Assembly (NCBI RefSeq): GCF_052425735.1
Contig: NC_135761.1
Location: forward strand, 42,160,001-42,224,000
Origin: Oculina patagonica
Lineage: Eukaryota
Direction: 5' to 3'
DNA length: 64,000 bases
Every line of letters starts with the position of its first letter. The stretch's first letter is position 1. The position numbers and the translations under genes were made by a program. This document shows positions 1 to 11,490 of the stretch, in pieces. The notes beneath the pieces were generated by a model. The model saw only the letters and a list, made by a program, of their open reading frames with translations, was not told the DNA's origin and searched no databases.

Positions 1-621
1 AATTATGGAACCTTTAAAGCTCTGTTTGATTACCTGGAAAGTGTTGGAGCCTTAGGAAGATTAAGACACTGGAGAGGTTGTGAGATGTTTTCGAAAAATC
101 GTGCTCCAGTTAATAAAGTAACTAGAACGACCAAATTAACCCCAGAAGAACTATTCATGGTTCTTGTGCGTCTAAGAGTAGGGTTGACTGTAACTGACTT
201 GGCATTAAGGTTTGGAATAAGCGAATCAAGTCTCAGCAAGATCTTTACCTCATGGATCAATCTGCTGTACTTTCATTTGAAAGATTTGTGTGAAATGCCT
301 GAAAGTGAAACAGATGGAAAGGCAAGGCAGTTTTCCAAATTTCCGTACTTGAGAGTTATTATCGATTACACTGAGATATTCACTCAGAAGCCCTCCAGCC
401 TACAAGCGAACAAAAAAATTTATTCAAATTACAAGGGTTACACAACTTTTAAATTCCTTGTTGGAATAGACCCTCATGGTGCTATTGTGTATGTCTCACA
501 AGCTTGGGGTGGACGTACATCTGACAAACATATCACAGCCAATTCCCCAGGTTTAACTACTAAATTAAACATGGGTGATGAGCTTATGGCAGATAGAGGA
601 TTTGCTGTGGAAGCTGTCTAA
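1..621 (+). pseudogene. ISL2EU/PIF-Harbinger-type DDE transposase (HTH_Tnp_4 + DDE_Tnp_4), cut by the window start and 3'-truncated
   Basis: ORF 85..621 has LTPEELFMVLVRLRVGL..DLALRFGIS (HTH), IIDYTE, YSNYKGYTTFKFLVGI, WGGRTSD and MADRGF. It stops right after DRGF, so the third catalytic residue is missing. Confidence 0.88.
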
Positions 622-1655
622 AGCTGCCCTTTCATAGGTTTTGCCCCTCTCAAAGTTCTTAAATTTCTTAGGTTTATGCAAGCTCTCATCCAGCTTGTTA
701 TGAATGCAAAACCATGAGCTGTCAAACTCTTTATGTCCACATAGTCCCAGTAATGCTGGTATCTTGCTGGCAGTGATAATGCCAACACGATTGTTCAACC
801 ACTCTTTTGAGCCTTGTATGACATCAACATAATTACTTCCACAAAGCTTAACACTTTCACATTCTGGTATCTTGACTGTTATTAACTCTTCAGTTGAGTG
901 GGAGATTAAATTTAGTAACTCTTTAGTCTTTTCTTCTGAAAAGACACTTTCACTACTATGGGCTCCAAAAGATGTGCTTGGCTGAGAGACAAGTACTGAG
1001 TGCCAGACATCTTCAGCCTTGTCAGCAAATCGTGGTGCAAGGATGGTGTCATCATAGGTCACAGTATGTTTGGCATAGTCATGCTCATGGTTTATTAGCC
1101 TACACAAGTGAGCATTTTGGTAAGATAGATGAAAATACAATCCGGATTGTATTTTGTATTTTGTATTTCGTTAAGGTCTTCAAGAAATGGTTTGAAACAT
1201 CAACACTAGTTTCATTTAGTCTATTTTCTACTTTGCTGCTAATTTTAGAGACATCTCTTGACAACCAGTCACTTTTGTCTACATTTGAGCCGTCCCCTTG
1301 CCGCATCTGAACTTTCTTTTTTGTTCTCTCATGCATTACAGTTTTTCTAGCTGAGCGTGCATTTCTGAAGTATTTTGGACGAATGTGTGATGCAGTCTTT
1401 ACCTTTGCACTATCCTTCTTTCTTGTGTTTGGGTGGTGCCAAGTCTGGAGTTTCTGAGTACAAGTCAAGGCCAGCAACAACGTTTTATAATGTGTAAAAT
1501 GCTTTAACTGAAGAAGAACTAGTATAGCGTGACAGCAAAGGCCACAGTTCCCTACTGCACATTCACAGTATGCCTTTTCAGGGGTGTTACCATTAAATTT
1601 TACAGTTACTGTGCGTGTGACATGATAAGCAAGCGATTTAGAAGTCTCACAGGGT
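610..1655 (-). pseudogene. ISL2EU accessory gene: SWIM zinc finger + YqaJ/lambda-exonuclease-like domain, frameshifted and truncated
   Basis: The minus frame upstream of ORF 1100..1480 reads YCECAVGNCGLCCHAIL (SWIM CxC..CxH), then CTQKLQTWHHP. ORF 565..1140 has QGSKEWLNNRVGIITASK and FERGKTYERAA (YqaJ N-terminal motifs). It converges on the transposase, as in ISL2EU. Confidence 0.82.
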
Positions 1656-1699
1656 CATTCGTTGAAAGGCTGCCACGATCACAGGAAAAAAATACATTT

Positions 1700-2260
1700 T
1701 CCAATATGGTAAATCATTGGAAAATTTGAGTTATAACCTTCCAACATTGGATAATCATTGGTAAATTGTATTGAACCAATAAAAGTCCAATAAGGTTCCA
1801 ACAAAGGGAAAAATGCTTTTTCCTCATGATGTGACAGTTGGAATATTATTGGAGTTTAATTGGAACAGAACACATTTGGTCTTCCAATGTTGGATAATAC
1901 CGTGAAAACATTGGAAGACATGTCTTCAGTTACCAAAGATTGCACAATGATATACCAAGCTATGCTATTGAACTGGTTATGATTGGAACTTCATTGTGGT
2001 ATTATTGGAATAAAATATTCACAATTTTCCAATGTTGGATTATACTGTGAAATTATTGGAAGACATATCTTCCGTCACCAAAGATTGCACAATGATATAC
2101 CAAGGTATATTTTGCTATACCATTGAGCTGGTTATGATTGGAATATCATTGTAGTATTATTGGAACAAAATGTTCACAAGTTTCCAATGTTGGATTATAC
2201 TGTTAAATTATTGGAAATTATTTCTTCAGTTACCAAAGATAGCACAATAATATACCAAGC
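1700..2260. repeat. Left subterminal repeat region of the CACTA element
   Basis: Many CCAAnnTTGG and ATTGGAA motifs, plus about three copies of a roughly 140-150 bp unit (ccaatgttgga..atac.gt.aaa.attggaa...taccaaagat.gcacaat.atataccaag). Confidence 0.8.
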
Positions 2261-2716
2261 TTTGAAGAGATAAAAGAGAATTCTTTGATTTTCCTTGTTC
2301 ACATGTAACTGCAGATCAGATCTGGATTTTATCAGAGGTCCCATAACAACAGCACAGTTTGCAGAAATATTGCATTACAGTTAAACGTGTACTAAGCGGA
2401 CTCTCAGGGAATGTTCTAGTGTTCGCGTAGTACAGGGTGACTGTCTGCTTAATTTAATGAAGCATGTCCACTTAATACAGGTTTCTGTTGTATTCTGCAA
2501 AAAGCCATAAGTAACTTACAGTTTCCATTTGATAGATTGATATCACAAAACTATTAACCAATGAAAATTAATTGATCACTTATTATTTAATTGTAGAAAC
2601 TGAACAAATAACACAACAGAATTAAATTAATGACAATCAGTGACTATTTCAGAGGTTAAAAATATAAACTGAAAAACCGCTCTACATGCATACAGGGGGT
2701 CATTTACAAAACATAT

Positions 2717-3397
2717 TCAACTGAATTTTTCTAAGAGAACTAGAACATCTGCCCAGCAGGAAGGCCATCTTAGGTTAATGTTGGCTTTGTTAAAAATATC
2801 CTTCCCCCAATGGAGAAGATCCTCAAAGATACTCTGGGAAAATCCTGCTTGGCCTTTTATTTCTACCAGCCGAAGCACAGTGTCATAAAGGAACTGCTCC
2901 AGGTCTTCCTCTCCTCCTTCATCTCGGTTGGAATCATTGTGTTCCTCACCATTTGAACTGTCATCACTGTTACATGCAGCATTGTCATCTGATGACAGAC
3001 TCATGGAACTTTCTTCATCACTAGGTATCTCATGATCAGACGTAGTAGATTCGTTTTCAAACTCATTTTCGTCACTTTCATAATGTCTTCCAGCCAATGC
3101 TGATGGTAAATCGCTGGGAGATTCGCAGAAAGAATATGATGCCTGAAATACAACATCACATGTATCCGATTTCTCTGATGAGGAGGTGGATGGAACGAGC
3201 AACTGGTTATCCAAAGTTTCCGTTCTAGCTCTATTTGCCCTTTGGGTATGCCTCCATGCCGTCATGGGATAGACAGCTTTGCCTTTACATAGAAGACATA
3301 AGCAGTGAACATGCGCCTTTCCCGACGACGAGATGTTCCGCGCTTCATCACTATCCAAACATCTACACAAGTTTGCTGGTTTTGTGGACGACGCCAT
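2717..3397 (-). pseudogene. N-terminal part of the CACTA transposase (Cys/His motif + acidic linker); catalytic domain absent
   Basis: MASSTKPA..HVHCLCLLCKGKAVYPMTAWRH, a long D/E/S tract, then a helical segment ending WPSCW. It lies inside the TIRs, and no DDE core is seen between 2260 and 2717. Confidence 0.6.
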
Positions 3398-3713
3398 ACA
3401 TTGCTTTGGCAACAACAAGGTCACAAGGATAACGAACGTTAACATAAATTAAGCGAAATTACCGGTAAGCCAAATCCTTCGAAGTGTTCAAACCAAAAAA
3501 GCATAATAACAACAGTTTGTCAGACTGTCAGCGGTAATTTATGCGGATCATGCGTGTTTCATGTACCCAGAGTCCTCCCAGGCCCTTTGACGCCTTTTCC
3601 CGCCGTTTCTTTCCTCGCTCTGCAAATCGAAAGGTGTTGATCGAACGGAAGGAAGAAGTATATTTTTCAATTGGAAAAGAGCTAGTAGAATTACATGTAA
3701 GAGTATCAAAAAG

Positions 3714-6700
3714 ATGTCTGAAAGAGCTGAAGAGGATATCAGCGCTGAACTGTCAGAAGGTAATGTATTTCAATCCATCGGCACCCGGAACGTGAAATTC
3801 AAGATTTCGCGCCATGGTCATTTTCTGTTTAGTTTTTATATTTCAAAGCTTGGTGTTTTTTTGTTTTACAAACTAAATTTTTCAAATTTGTTAAAGTTTT
3901 AATTTCTATTAGCCGGGTTAGCCGTTCCCTTCTTTTCTTTCAATGACTGTTTAGAATGTAGTCTTAGCAAGGATGTTCAAGGTTGGTCAACAGAAGATGT
4001 GCATTCCTGGCTGACAAAGGAAGGATTTCATGAGGAGGCAGTCGTGTTTAAAGGTTTGTATCCATTCTTTTAATCCTTTTCTTCCTTTTATGTACATGTA
4101 TGTACTAATTAAAAAGACTTCATGGATTTAACAGACATTCGTTTTTACGTTTAACTTATATCTTTCTTTATGCAAGCTGAAAAATATGTTCTCGGTGTGT
4201 TGCATACTGTAAATCCATCCCAGTCAGTTTTGCTTTCTAGACTCACCCTGTTCTTTTATTACCTTAACAGCTGAGAACATAACTGGAAAGTCACTTTATT
4301 GCCTAGAAAAAGCAGACTTGAAAGATATTGGAATTAACCCTATGGGCAAGAGATTGGAAATATTCGAAAAAATTAAAGAGCTCACATGTCTACAATCTGA
4401 AAAGAAAGCATCCAGCAAATCAGAAGGTAATTGTTATTTTTTTTGTAGAAGAAAAGAGAAAATGGCCTTTTAAGTTATTGTTTATAAATTTATGTTTCAG
4501 TCATCTGACAGCTTTATTTAATGCACCTTGAATTTGTTGAAGTCTTCGAGGCAAATACGGTTATTCCCCCCTAAAAACCTTACTTTATCATGCTATTTTT
4601 TGTGTGTGTTTGATTTCTTTTTCAGATTTTTAATAACCAATTTAGCCAGCCAATAGTTGCTGGTCATGTAGATCAAAGAAAAATCTAATGTTTATACTTA
4701 TCTTAAATTAGTTACTGGACAGGTGTGGAAAAAGAAAATAACTAAGGCAGACAGGTCAACTTGGAAACCAAATGAAAAAGCATGTTATCTGGAAAAGTAA
4801 GTCCTTTGAAAATTTCGTACCTTTGTGTCATAGTTGACATAATTTGTCCTCAGATTGCCAAACCTTGAATTTCAATTTATTTAAAGTTAGCTAATAACAG
4901 TAGCAACCGAGGGCTGTCATTAAGCTTTGAAGCAGCCAGCTACACAAGGAAGGTAAATGGTCAAAAAAATACTCAAGATAGCATGCCCTAGCTGTTGTCT
5001 TTTAGTCATTTTCAAACTTTGAGTAGCCAGCTATCTTCACGGCAGTTACCGTTCATAATAGTCGGTTGCCGGCTACTAATGACAGGTATGAGCGCAACAA
5101 AACAACAGCTACTGTTAACAATATTTTTATTCATTGGCAATTATAAAACTTATCAGTATTATCACTGAACTTGTCCATCAACAAAGAATTGCAGTAAGCA
5201 ATAATACATAGTTTGCACTTCATGCTTTACTACCTAGTTTTATTAAAGCAATCACAATCCTTTCTTTTTCTTTAGGATCTCTATTATTAACCAGGAAGCC
5301 AGACAACTTTGGCCAGGAAATTCAAAAATCCACATCAAAGGAGATGCAACTACCAGGCTGAAGATGGAAGAATTAATCACACGCATGGAGCCAATGTGCT
5401 CCATCCCAGAAATAGGATTTGGCAGAGGTGAGTTTTACAGTGTTAATGTCCAATCACACATTAGTGCAGCAGTCAGTTAAATGTTGTTGTTTTTATTGAT
5501 TGATTGATTGATTGACTAACTGACTGATACTGACTGACTGACTGACTGACTGACTGACTGATCGATCAATCAATTGATCTGTTGGGGAGGGGGGTCTCAA
5601 AAGCCAAAACATTTAAAGGGAAGAATTAAGCTAAACTGGAATTTCCCAGAGGGGTGGGGAGATAAAAGCAAAAAAATGAAAAACTCCATGGGGGGAGCTT
5701 GGATATTTTCTGGAACAACACAATGTGAAAAAGTGTGAAATGTATTAATTTAATATTGCATGTTCCTTTCAAACTAATAACAAGAAGAGGCTGTTGAACA
5801 AATTTTCAGTGTGATTGTGTGAAAGATAAGCCTGTTTTCGATTAATTACTTAAAACAAAAATGTGTCTTTCACAGATGCTATCAAGAGTCATTTACTGCA
5901 ATGGTTTCACGAAAAAAATAGGAAGATTGAGGATGGCTACGACTATGAGGTAATGTAACACTAACAAATTTATATTTACTGATAATAAAAAAGAGACACT
6001 TTTTTATTCACCTATACATTTGCAAAGCTCATTTTTATGCAATGCTCAATGAATCAGTTCTATGTTGTACAGTACAAATAAGCTCGAGTTCCAGAAATCC
6101 ATGAAAAATGAAGTGTTGTCAACTTTATGATTCAAGGGGATCCATCCCCCTCCATGAAAGAAGTGTCGGTCATGGTTCTCATTAAGTGCCAGCAGCAGAC
6201 TTTTTTGTGCCGACTCATAGATACATCCACCTTCTTGCTGTCTATTCAAAAACTTTAAATGAGAACCCTGACTTGTCCTTTAGCCCAAAACAGAATACAC
6301 TTGTATGTGCTTTGATTTATAGCCAATAATTATTGTTTGCATTTCCTAGGCCACTCACAAACCTGCAAAACGTGCGAAAAGATCATTTTCACCAAAAGGT
6401 TCAGATACAGACTCTACATTGTCACCTTACTCATCAAGCACAGGCAGCTTAAGTTCACCAACTGAAGGTTTGTCATAATATCCTATCGTTATTATTTAGT
6501 ATCTGCAGCCAAATTATGGTGCCTCGATGCCTTATGAGTGGTTCTGAAAATACAGATGTATAATATAATTACTAGTATTTCTGCTAGATTGTCGTTGACC
6601 ATATGTATTTTCAATTATTATTTTCTAGATGATGAAGAGGACAACTCTCCAACTCCAAGCAGTGACATTGATGATATTTCTGCTCATTCAGCTGAAGTTG

Positions 6701-7023
6701 TCGTGCTAAAAGCCTTTGATGCTCTTTCCATACATTTCCTAACCGTAAAGAAGCACTTTTATCCTCTGGGAAAGGTGCTAAAAGTTAAATGTAGGAGCAT
6801 TGGGAAGTACCAGTTGGTAGTTCCTCTAGCAAAGGCCCTTATCACTAAAGGCCATGTTGACATAGAAGGGGACGTCAATTATAAGAAACTTGAAAAAAGT
6901 CAAGTTAAGGTATTGACAGATATTAATTCTCTTATTTCTGATGAAACCAGGAATTCTCCTGTTTCAGATGTTGCTGACAATGACAGCCCCCCATGCAGCC
7001 AGGTGTCCAGTCAAATAATTTAG
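3714..7023 (+). CDS. 8-exon SAM-domain protein (374 aa), accessory gene of the CACTA element
   Basis: Exons 3714-3759, 3955-4053, 4271-4426, 4712-4796, 5276-5427, 5876-5949, 6350-6467 and 6629-7023. All introns are GT-AG with compatible phases and there is no internal stop (1125 nt). SAM signature WSTEDVHSWLTKEGF..F.AENITGKSLYCLEKADLKDIGINPMGKRLEIFEKIKEL. AATAAA near 7228. Confidence 0.85.
5495..5575. repeat. (ATTG)n/(ACTG)n microsatellite in intron 5 of the SAM gene
   Basis: Direct tetranucleotide repeats. Confidence 0.9.
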
Positions 7024-7382
7024 TTGATACAGTAGCAATATATTAGAAATAGCTTTATTTTTGGTACATATATATACATGTACAGCTATCATGTTGTTCA
7101 TGTCCGTTAATTTTTGGACAGTTTTGCTGTTTGTTGACATTATTACTGATAATTTCCACCCAAAAAAGCCAAGAGGTGACTGTAATTAGTACATAGAGCA
7201 ATCATGCTGTTCTGGTTATATGAATTGAATAAAAAGTTGTATTCATGTAAACTTCAGAGTTCTGTTATGATTGCCTGGTGTTATGATTACAATTGAAGGG
7301 TCAAGTTGAAAACTATGCTAAGTGGGCAAAGCGTGTATGCCCACTTTGCATAGTTTTTGACTTGACCCTTCAATTTCAATGC

Positions 7383-7912
7383 AATGTTGGAATATATTGT
7401 TATCCAATGTTGGAAACATATCATTCATTGTTGGAGAGTGATGTTATCCAATATTGGAGACATATTGTCCAATGCTGGAGAGTTTTATTTTCCAATATTG
7501 GAAACATTTTATCCAATGTTGGAGAGCTCAATTATCCAATATTGGAAACATACTGTCCAATGTTGGAATATATCATACTCCAATATTGGAAACATATTGT
7601 CCAATGTTGGAGAGCTAAATTATCCAATATTGGAAACATACTGTCCAATGTTGGAATATATCATACTCCAATATTGGAAACATTTTGTCCAATGTTGGAG
7701 TATATCATTCTCCAATATTGGAGATGACTTTACCAATGTTGGGAAATATGGTGGTCCAATATTGGAAACTTGTAATCCAATATTGGAATATCATATGTTA
7801 TTTACCAATATTGGAAGATATAACCATTTACCAATATTGGAATACCATTTGGGTTTACCAATGATGTACCAATGATATTACAGTAATTAACCAATTAACT
7901 TCCAATGTTGGA
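7383..7912. repeat. Right subterminal array of CCAAT(A/G)TTGG palindromes, 44-bp period
   Basis: Sites start at 7448, 7469, 7492, 7513, 7536, 7557, 7580, 7601, 7624, 7645, 7668, 7689, 7712, 7733, 7756 and 7777 (alternating 21/23 bp). Confidence 0.92.
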
Positions 7913-8159
7913 AAATGGATTTTTTTCCTGTGGATTGTTATTTGATCAGGATGCATTTGGGGTTACCACAGCATGCGGCAGATTTGTAAAACACATAGAA
8001 AACGAGCGGCCTTGTTTTAGCAATTTAGACCATAATTGACCACCCTCAGTGGATAAATGCGTGGGTGAGACTTCTATATACTGGGATCGCCGGATGGTTC
8101 TACATTCGGAATGTCATCTGGAAAAATGGAAGGAGAAAATAAAGAGGACCTGAACTGTA

Positions 8160-8568
8160 ATCAAACCAGTTATGATGTACGGCGGCTTAATCTGGGGGTC
8201 CACCTCCACTAATAATATAAGAAGGTTGTTTAGGTTGCAAAAGAGAGCCGCAAGAGTAGTTCTCGGAGTAAGAACAAAAGAGGAGAGGACAATTAAGCTT
8301 TTTAAGAAATTGAAATGGCTACCTTTTTATGACGAAATTAATGTAATCAAGTTATGCTTAGTGTTTAAATGCCTTAATGGCCAATGCCCCGAGTATTTGT
8401 CCAATACACTGACAAGGGTTAGTGATATTTCTACGAGACAGTCGAGGCATGGAAGCATAACCCTGAGATGCCCGAAATACTCACGTGAAACCGAGGGAGG
8501 AAGGACTTTTGCAGTCACGGCAGTGAAAGAGTGGAATAAGCTCCCTATTAACATTAGATCTAGTCAGA
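8160..8568 (+). mobile_element. CR1/L2-group LINE, C-terminal region of the RT ORF (fragment)
   Basis: YGGLIWG..LFRLQKRAARVV, LKWLP, FKCLNGQCPEYL and RTFAVTAVKEWNKLP are typical post-RT motifs of CR1/L2/Crack LINEs. It is cut by a poly-T (the minus-strand poly-A of another insertion) running into the gap. Confidence 0.8.
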
Positions 8569-8600
8569 ATTTTTTTTTTTTTTTTTTTAATTCATTTATT

Positions 8601-9100
8601 NNNNNNNNNNNNNNNNNNNNNNNNNNNNNNNNNNNNNNNNNNNNNNNNNNNNNNNNNNNNNNNNNNNNNNNNNNNNNNNNNNNNNNNNNNNNNNNNNNNN
8701 NNNNNNNNNNNNNNNNNNNNNNNNNNNNNNNNNNNNNNNNNNNNNNNNNNNNNNNNNNNNNNNNNNNNNNNNNNNNNNNNNNNNNNNNNNNNNNNNNNNN
8801 NNNNNNNNNNNNNNNNNNNNNNNNNNNNNNNNNNNNNNNNNNNNNNNNNNNNNNNNNNNNNNNNNNNNNNNNNNNNNNNNNNNNNNNNNNNNNNNNNNNN
8901 NNNNNNNNNNNNNNNNNNNNNNNNNNNNNNNNNNNNNNNNNNNNNNNNNNNNNNNNNNNNNNNNNNNNNNNNNNNNNNNNNNNNNNNNNNNNNNNNNNNN
9001 NNNNNNNNNNNNNNNNNNNNNNNNNNNNNNNNNNNNNNNNNNNNNNNNNNNNNNNNNNNNNNNNNNNNNNNNNNNNNNNNNNNNNNNNNNNNNNNNNNNN
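8601..9100. other. Assembly gap (500 N)
   Basis: Run of N. Confidence 1.
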
Positions 9101-9757
9101 CCTCTTAAAAGCGTTCAGGACCTCACTGCCCTAGCTGCAATTGTCAGTGACTGCCGAGGCTGCAACTTATGCCAAGAATGACTGGCCTCCAACATAACAT
9201 AACATAAACATAGTTGAAGAAACAGTTTGTAGCTAAGTTAATAGTTGTAATAAGGTTTTTAAAAATAAAAGACTCTTTGGAGGCAGAATGTGAGTGGCTG
9301 ACCTCGGCTAAGCACGTCTTATCTCACTTTCCAGTATGGGAAAAGTTACACGTCAAAGTCATCATCCCAGTAACTTATGATGCGTTAGGTTCACTTTGGT
9401 TTGCAAAAATTTCACAAGACTGACAATAATGAAAGATTGAAAGCAGAGGCATACCTATGATTTACACTGTATCACACCCATGGGAATGGTAATTACCAGA
9501 TTGTTATTTTGACATCAACACTATTTTACTTAGAGACATTTTCATCGGACAAAATACGTAGCCTGCTCTGGAGATGAACAATAGCTGTTATTACAGTTGA
9601 GCCCACATTTCAGGGGTGCTGCATTTAGAGCGCCCAAAAGCGAGGCTTTCGGGTCAACAAAACACCTTCTAGTGCAAGAATTGTGTGGTTTTTTCGTTTA
9701 CTTCATTTGTTTTTCGAGTATTTAGACTGTCACCTGGCTTAATTTAATGTGGAAATC

Positions 9758-9990
9758 ATGGTGAGACATTGCATAGCATATAGGTGTAATAACCGCAGCA
9801 ACAAGCCAGAACGTGCAAAATTATCGTGGCATTCATTACCCATAAATGATCGAAAACTACTGCAAACATGGCTATTGGCTATATGAAGAGGAAAACCCCT
9901 CTGCTCTGCAGCTAACATTTTTCGGAGGAATGCTTCAAGCGGACTGTGGGAGGAAAAGTGTTATTGAAACCTTAATCCGTACCTGTTTTT
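9758..9990 (+). pseudogene. THAP zinc-finger domain relic (N-terminus of a P-element-like transposase)
   Basis: MVRHCIAYRCNNRS..SWHSLPINDRKLLQTWLLAI*R..LCS.HFSEECF..LKP*SVP follows the THAP C2CH/AVP pattern, with stops and frameshifts. Confidence 0.75.
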
Positions 9991-11069
9991 GGCCAAAAGC
10001 AAAGCCAAAACAGAAAGCGCCTGTAAACCGTTCAGACGTGAGTACAACAACAAAGGCAAGACAAGTAACAGATAAAGTTAAAGTGAAGTTTCAGTCTCAC
10101 CCTGTCACTAACTTAAGTAAAGCTGCGGATAATATTCCATATCAAGAATCCATTTGGCCTTGGGATAAGAATAGCAATGGCAATATGTGCAGAATAATGG
10201 ACAAACTTAACTGCCAAGTGTTAATTGGCCGCTAGTTGCCTTGTGACTTTCTTTCTTGTGTCGAGCTTGATTGTACCTTGCCTTGTGTTGGCCCTAGTTA
10301 TGTATTTGCTTGTGTGTCAAGCGCAAATTAGTCCTCGGTTGCCGTGCCTCTGCATAAGCTAAAACTTTCGCTGGTGTGTTTAGCTCTTATTTATTATGCC
10401 GTGTTGCGGCTCAAGGTTTTTTAATAGAGCAGCTTTCTGACATCGCCAGAGAAAAAGGCCACAATCATGCTAGTCGCTTCGCTTTGTCAAACCAGGCCAT
10501 TTGGGTTCCTCAACTTTCAAACAGATGCTCCTAAAACTAGTGGGTTCTGATGAAGAGGTGGCAATTGCTAAAGAAATCCAGAGGAGCGAAAAAAGTAATG
10601 CAGTGTTTTGGGCCTCATAAAATGCTTTCCCTTGGGTCAAAGATGTTTTTTTTTAATAATTTAAAAAAATCTTTAAAAAAATTTATATTTATACAGCAAT
10701 TCTTTACATCTATTTTCAGTTTTTACCCACCCGTTCTTTATTTTTTGTTCTCATGCCTTTATCCCAGTACAGAGTTGTTTTCGTTTAGATGCCTACTTAC
10801 CACACATTTTCGTTTTCTTTTTGGGTTATGTTTTTGCACCATAGCGAAAACACTTTCCCCTCCACTCTCCCAACTGTAATTAGAAGGGTAATCTCAATTA
10901 CACCCAATAATCAGTTTACAACAGATTCCTGGTCCGGCTCAGTTAGGGAGTTCCCTAACACCCTAACACCCTCCTTACAGGAGCACATTCCTGCGTTTGT
11001 CCTAGCTGTTTCACCTTTGTACAATGGACAGGACCATGCACTCCTGAGACTGGATTAATCAGGTTATAT

Positions 11070-11490
11070 TATGGGGTGGGCGTAGCGATATGATGGAGAT
11101 TGCTGATGGAGATTCCAAAGTTCGAAAATATTGCGTTCAAACATTCAAGAGGTCATGTTGAACGTAATGATGTCATTTACATAGATAACAAATCATTTCA
11201 ATTCAATTGTGTGGTGGAAGACTTAAGAGAAATGGATGTCGCTGAACCAATTCCCATGCTGATGTTTTCAGACGGTGGAGGCATCTCAAAAAAATGGAGA
11301 AATCAGATTCTCAACTGAGACGCAATCTGGTTCCTGGAAAAGGTGTTATCCAAATCAAAAATTTAATGAAGACATATGAAATGAACAGGATTCGATCTGG
11401 ACTGTGGAAAAGTGACGTCTTTGTCAAGGATAAATAAGGATAAACAAAATGTTGATGCTGCCCTCAGAATGTTACGCATCTGTACGAAGG
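11070..11490 (+). pseudogene. P-element/THAP9-like transposase relic, middle part
   Basis: MFSDGG..KKWRNQILN..GLWKSDVFVKDK..NVDAALRM resembles the D..H..K..RN and D..NV..A motifs of P-like transposases. Degraded. Confidence 0.55.

Larger units (their letters stand above)
1680..7932. mobile_element. CACTA/EnSpm-superfamily DNA transposon (CACAG termini), non-autonomous, carrying an accessory gene
   Basis: TIRs cacaggaaaaaaatacattttccaa (1680) and ttggaaaatggatttttttcctgtg (ends 7932). 3-bp TSD GAT at 1677-1679 and 7933-7935. Subterminal CCAAT(A/G)TTGG repeats at both ends. Divergent internal genes. Confidence 0.9.
1641..8074. mobile_element. Putative small MITE (about 180 bp of its own sequence) split by the CACTA insertion
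   Basis: TA|GAAGTCTCAC at 1639-1650 and GTGAGACTTC|TA at 8065-8076 form a 10-bp TIR with a TA TSD flanking the CACTA element. Confidence 0.4.

Noticed and set aside
7293-7875. Two repetitive ORFs (144 and 163 aa)
   Set aside because: They are translations of the 44-bp CACTA subterminal array in alternative frames, not genes.
7383-7912. CRISPR-like repeat-spacer appearance
   Set aside because: The repeats are only 10 bp, the spacers are short and mutually similar, there are no cas genes, and the context is a eukaryotic transposon end.
8172-9134. 320-aa ORF
   Set aside because: The length is an artefact of reading through the N gap; only about 8160-8568 is LINE coding sequence.
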